In this document: positions 63,143 through 64,000 of the stretch, piece after piece
How positions within the stretch are numbered: position 1 is the first letter of the stretch
How the letters are laid out: every line of letters begins with the position of its first letter
From: Thermodesulfobacteriota bacterium
GTDB taxonomy: Bacteria > Desulfobacterota_D > UBA1144 > Nemesobacterales > UBA2774
Assembly: GCA_963422265.1 (NCBI GenBank)
Contig: OY729416.1
Location: forward strand, 1,152,001-1,216,000
DNA: 64,000 nucleotides
Direction: 5' to 3'
Position numbers and translations under genes: made by a program
The notes under the pieces: generated by a model
Database searches by the model: none
What the model was told of the DNA's origin: nothing
What the model saw: only the letters and a program-made list of their open reading frames with translations

Positions 63143-63445
63143 TCAAACTTCGTAATCCACCACTGCTCTATCAGAGCGGATCTCACTTACGAAATCTGCG
63201 ACCTTAATGTGCTCAGGATGCGTCTGATAGGCGTCAAGCCCCTCTCTATCGTCAAATTCAGAGTATAAAACCACGTCAAACGCCGCTGGAGAAGAATTAA
63301 AGTTTATTCCTACCTGAGCGGTTTTTAACTCCTCTATTTCATCCACAAGCGCCTCGAGAGATTGCTTCAGTTTCTTAGCGTTCTCAATTTTAGACGCCCC
63401 TGCATCCTCGTCTTTAATTCTCCACATTACTATATGCTTAATCAT
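63143..63445 (-). CDS. Dabb-family stress-responsive A/B barrel protein
   Basis: MIKHIVMW, DVVLYSEF, LDAYQTHPEH, VVDY. Confidence 0.9.
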   Translation of the reverse strand: MIKHIVMWRIKDEDAGASKIENAKKLKQSLEALVDEIEELKTAQVGINFNSSPAAFDVVLYSEFDDREGLDAYQTHPEHIKVADFVSEIRSDRAVVDYEV

Positions 63446-63706
63446 TAACCTCTCCTTATTAAACTTTGAGTTAAAAAAGTGATTTTAGACTAGAAGCGGG
63501 TAACTGTAAAGAGATATAAAAGCGGGAATAGTCGTGGTATATTTATGCCTCTGCGTAGAATACGCACCGGCAAGATACTCTAGAATCTAGAATTAACATC
63601 ACTTAAGTAGAAAATCCCTTGCCAGATGAATATTAGAAACAAAGATATATGTCCCCCTACGCTCTGAAGAGGGGCGAATAAACGCCCTGCAAAAGGAGAA
63701 AACGTC

Positions 63707-64000
63707 TTGTCGCTCGCAGACGATAAACACTCTAATAAAGGAAAGAAGACTTACGATATTAAGATTCTTAGATGGCTATACGGCTTCACGGGTCATTATC
63801 GCGCCTATATGGCTTTGGCTCTTCTATTAATGTTATCTACGGCACTGATTGAGCTTGCGGTTCCCTACATAACTAAAATCGCTGTTGATAAATATATCTA
63901 TCCTCCTTGGAAAATTGCAGATTTCACTGGCGAATCAAAAGAAACCGAATTTGAGGAAACGCTAAAAGATAAATATCCCTCGTCAATAATAAAACTGAGT
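63707..64000 (+). CDS. ABC exporter (fused permease/ATPase), N-terminal part (runs off the window edge)
   Basis: TTG behind AGGAG; YDIKILRWLYGF..YRAYMALALLLMLSTALIELAVPYITKIAVDKYI, a typical first TM helix; open to the window end. Confidence 0.75.
   Translation, partial: MSLADDKHSNKGKKTYDIKILRWLYGFTGHYRAYMALALLLMLSTALIELAVPYITKIAVDKYIYPPWKIADFTGESKETEFEETLKDKYPSSIIKLS

Overview
Bacterial chromosomal window of moderate GC, mostly intact housekeeping genes: trpD (partial), nusB-ribH-ribBA, apbE, guaBA, xerC-hslVU, trpFBA, fmt-rsmD-coaD, cobB, nadK-glyA-nrdR-tatD-pdxA, prfB with its +1 programmed frameshift, yebC-ruvCAB, rho, glnD-nadBCA, yqgF, amtB, thiC and tsaD. Gene content suggests a deltaproteobacteria-like lineage, possibly Candidatus Dadabacteria; this is my inference and untested. 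There are three accessory patches. (1) About 24.3-28.15 kb is a relic island: an orphan DUF1902/HicB-like gene, a phage tail gene and putative chaperone gene, a 5'-truncated Fic pseudogene fused back-to-back with the 5'-truncated tail gene, and a short hsdM-like stub. (2) About 36.9-40.3 kb holds a mosaic of REP-like palindromes and a GC-richer cassette (GT2 glycosyltransferase ending in a 22-nt homopolymer, plus a multi-pass membrane protein). (3) About 52.85-55.15 kb is an AT-rich, decayed two-gene module: a putative PD-(D/E)XK nuclease fused to HEAT repeats, followed by an M.PvuII-like beta-class methyltransferase. This module is the best candidate for an unusual defence system, although it is pseudogenised here. 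I found no tRNA, rRNA, CRISPR array or intact transposase. All family assignments come from motif recognition by eye, not database searches.
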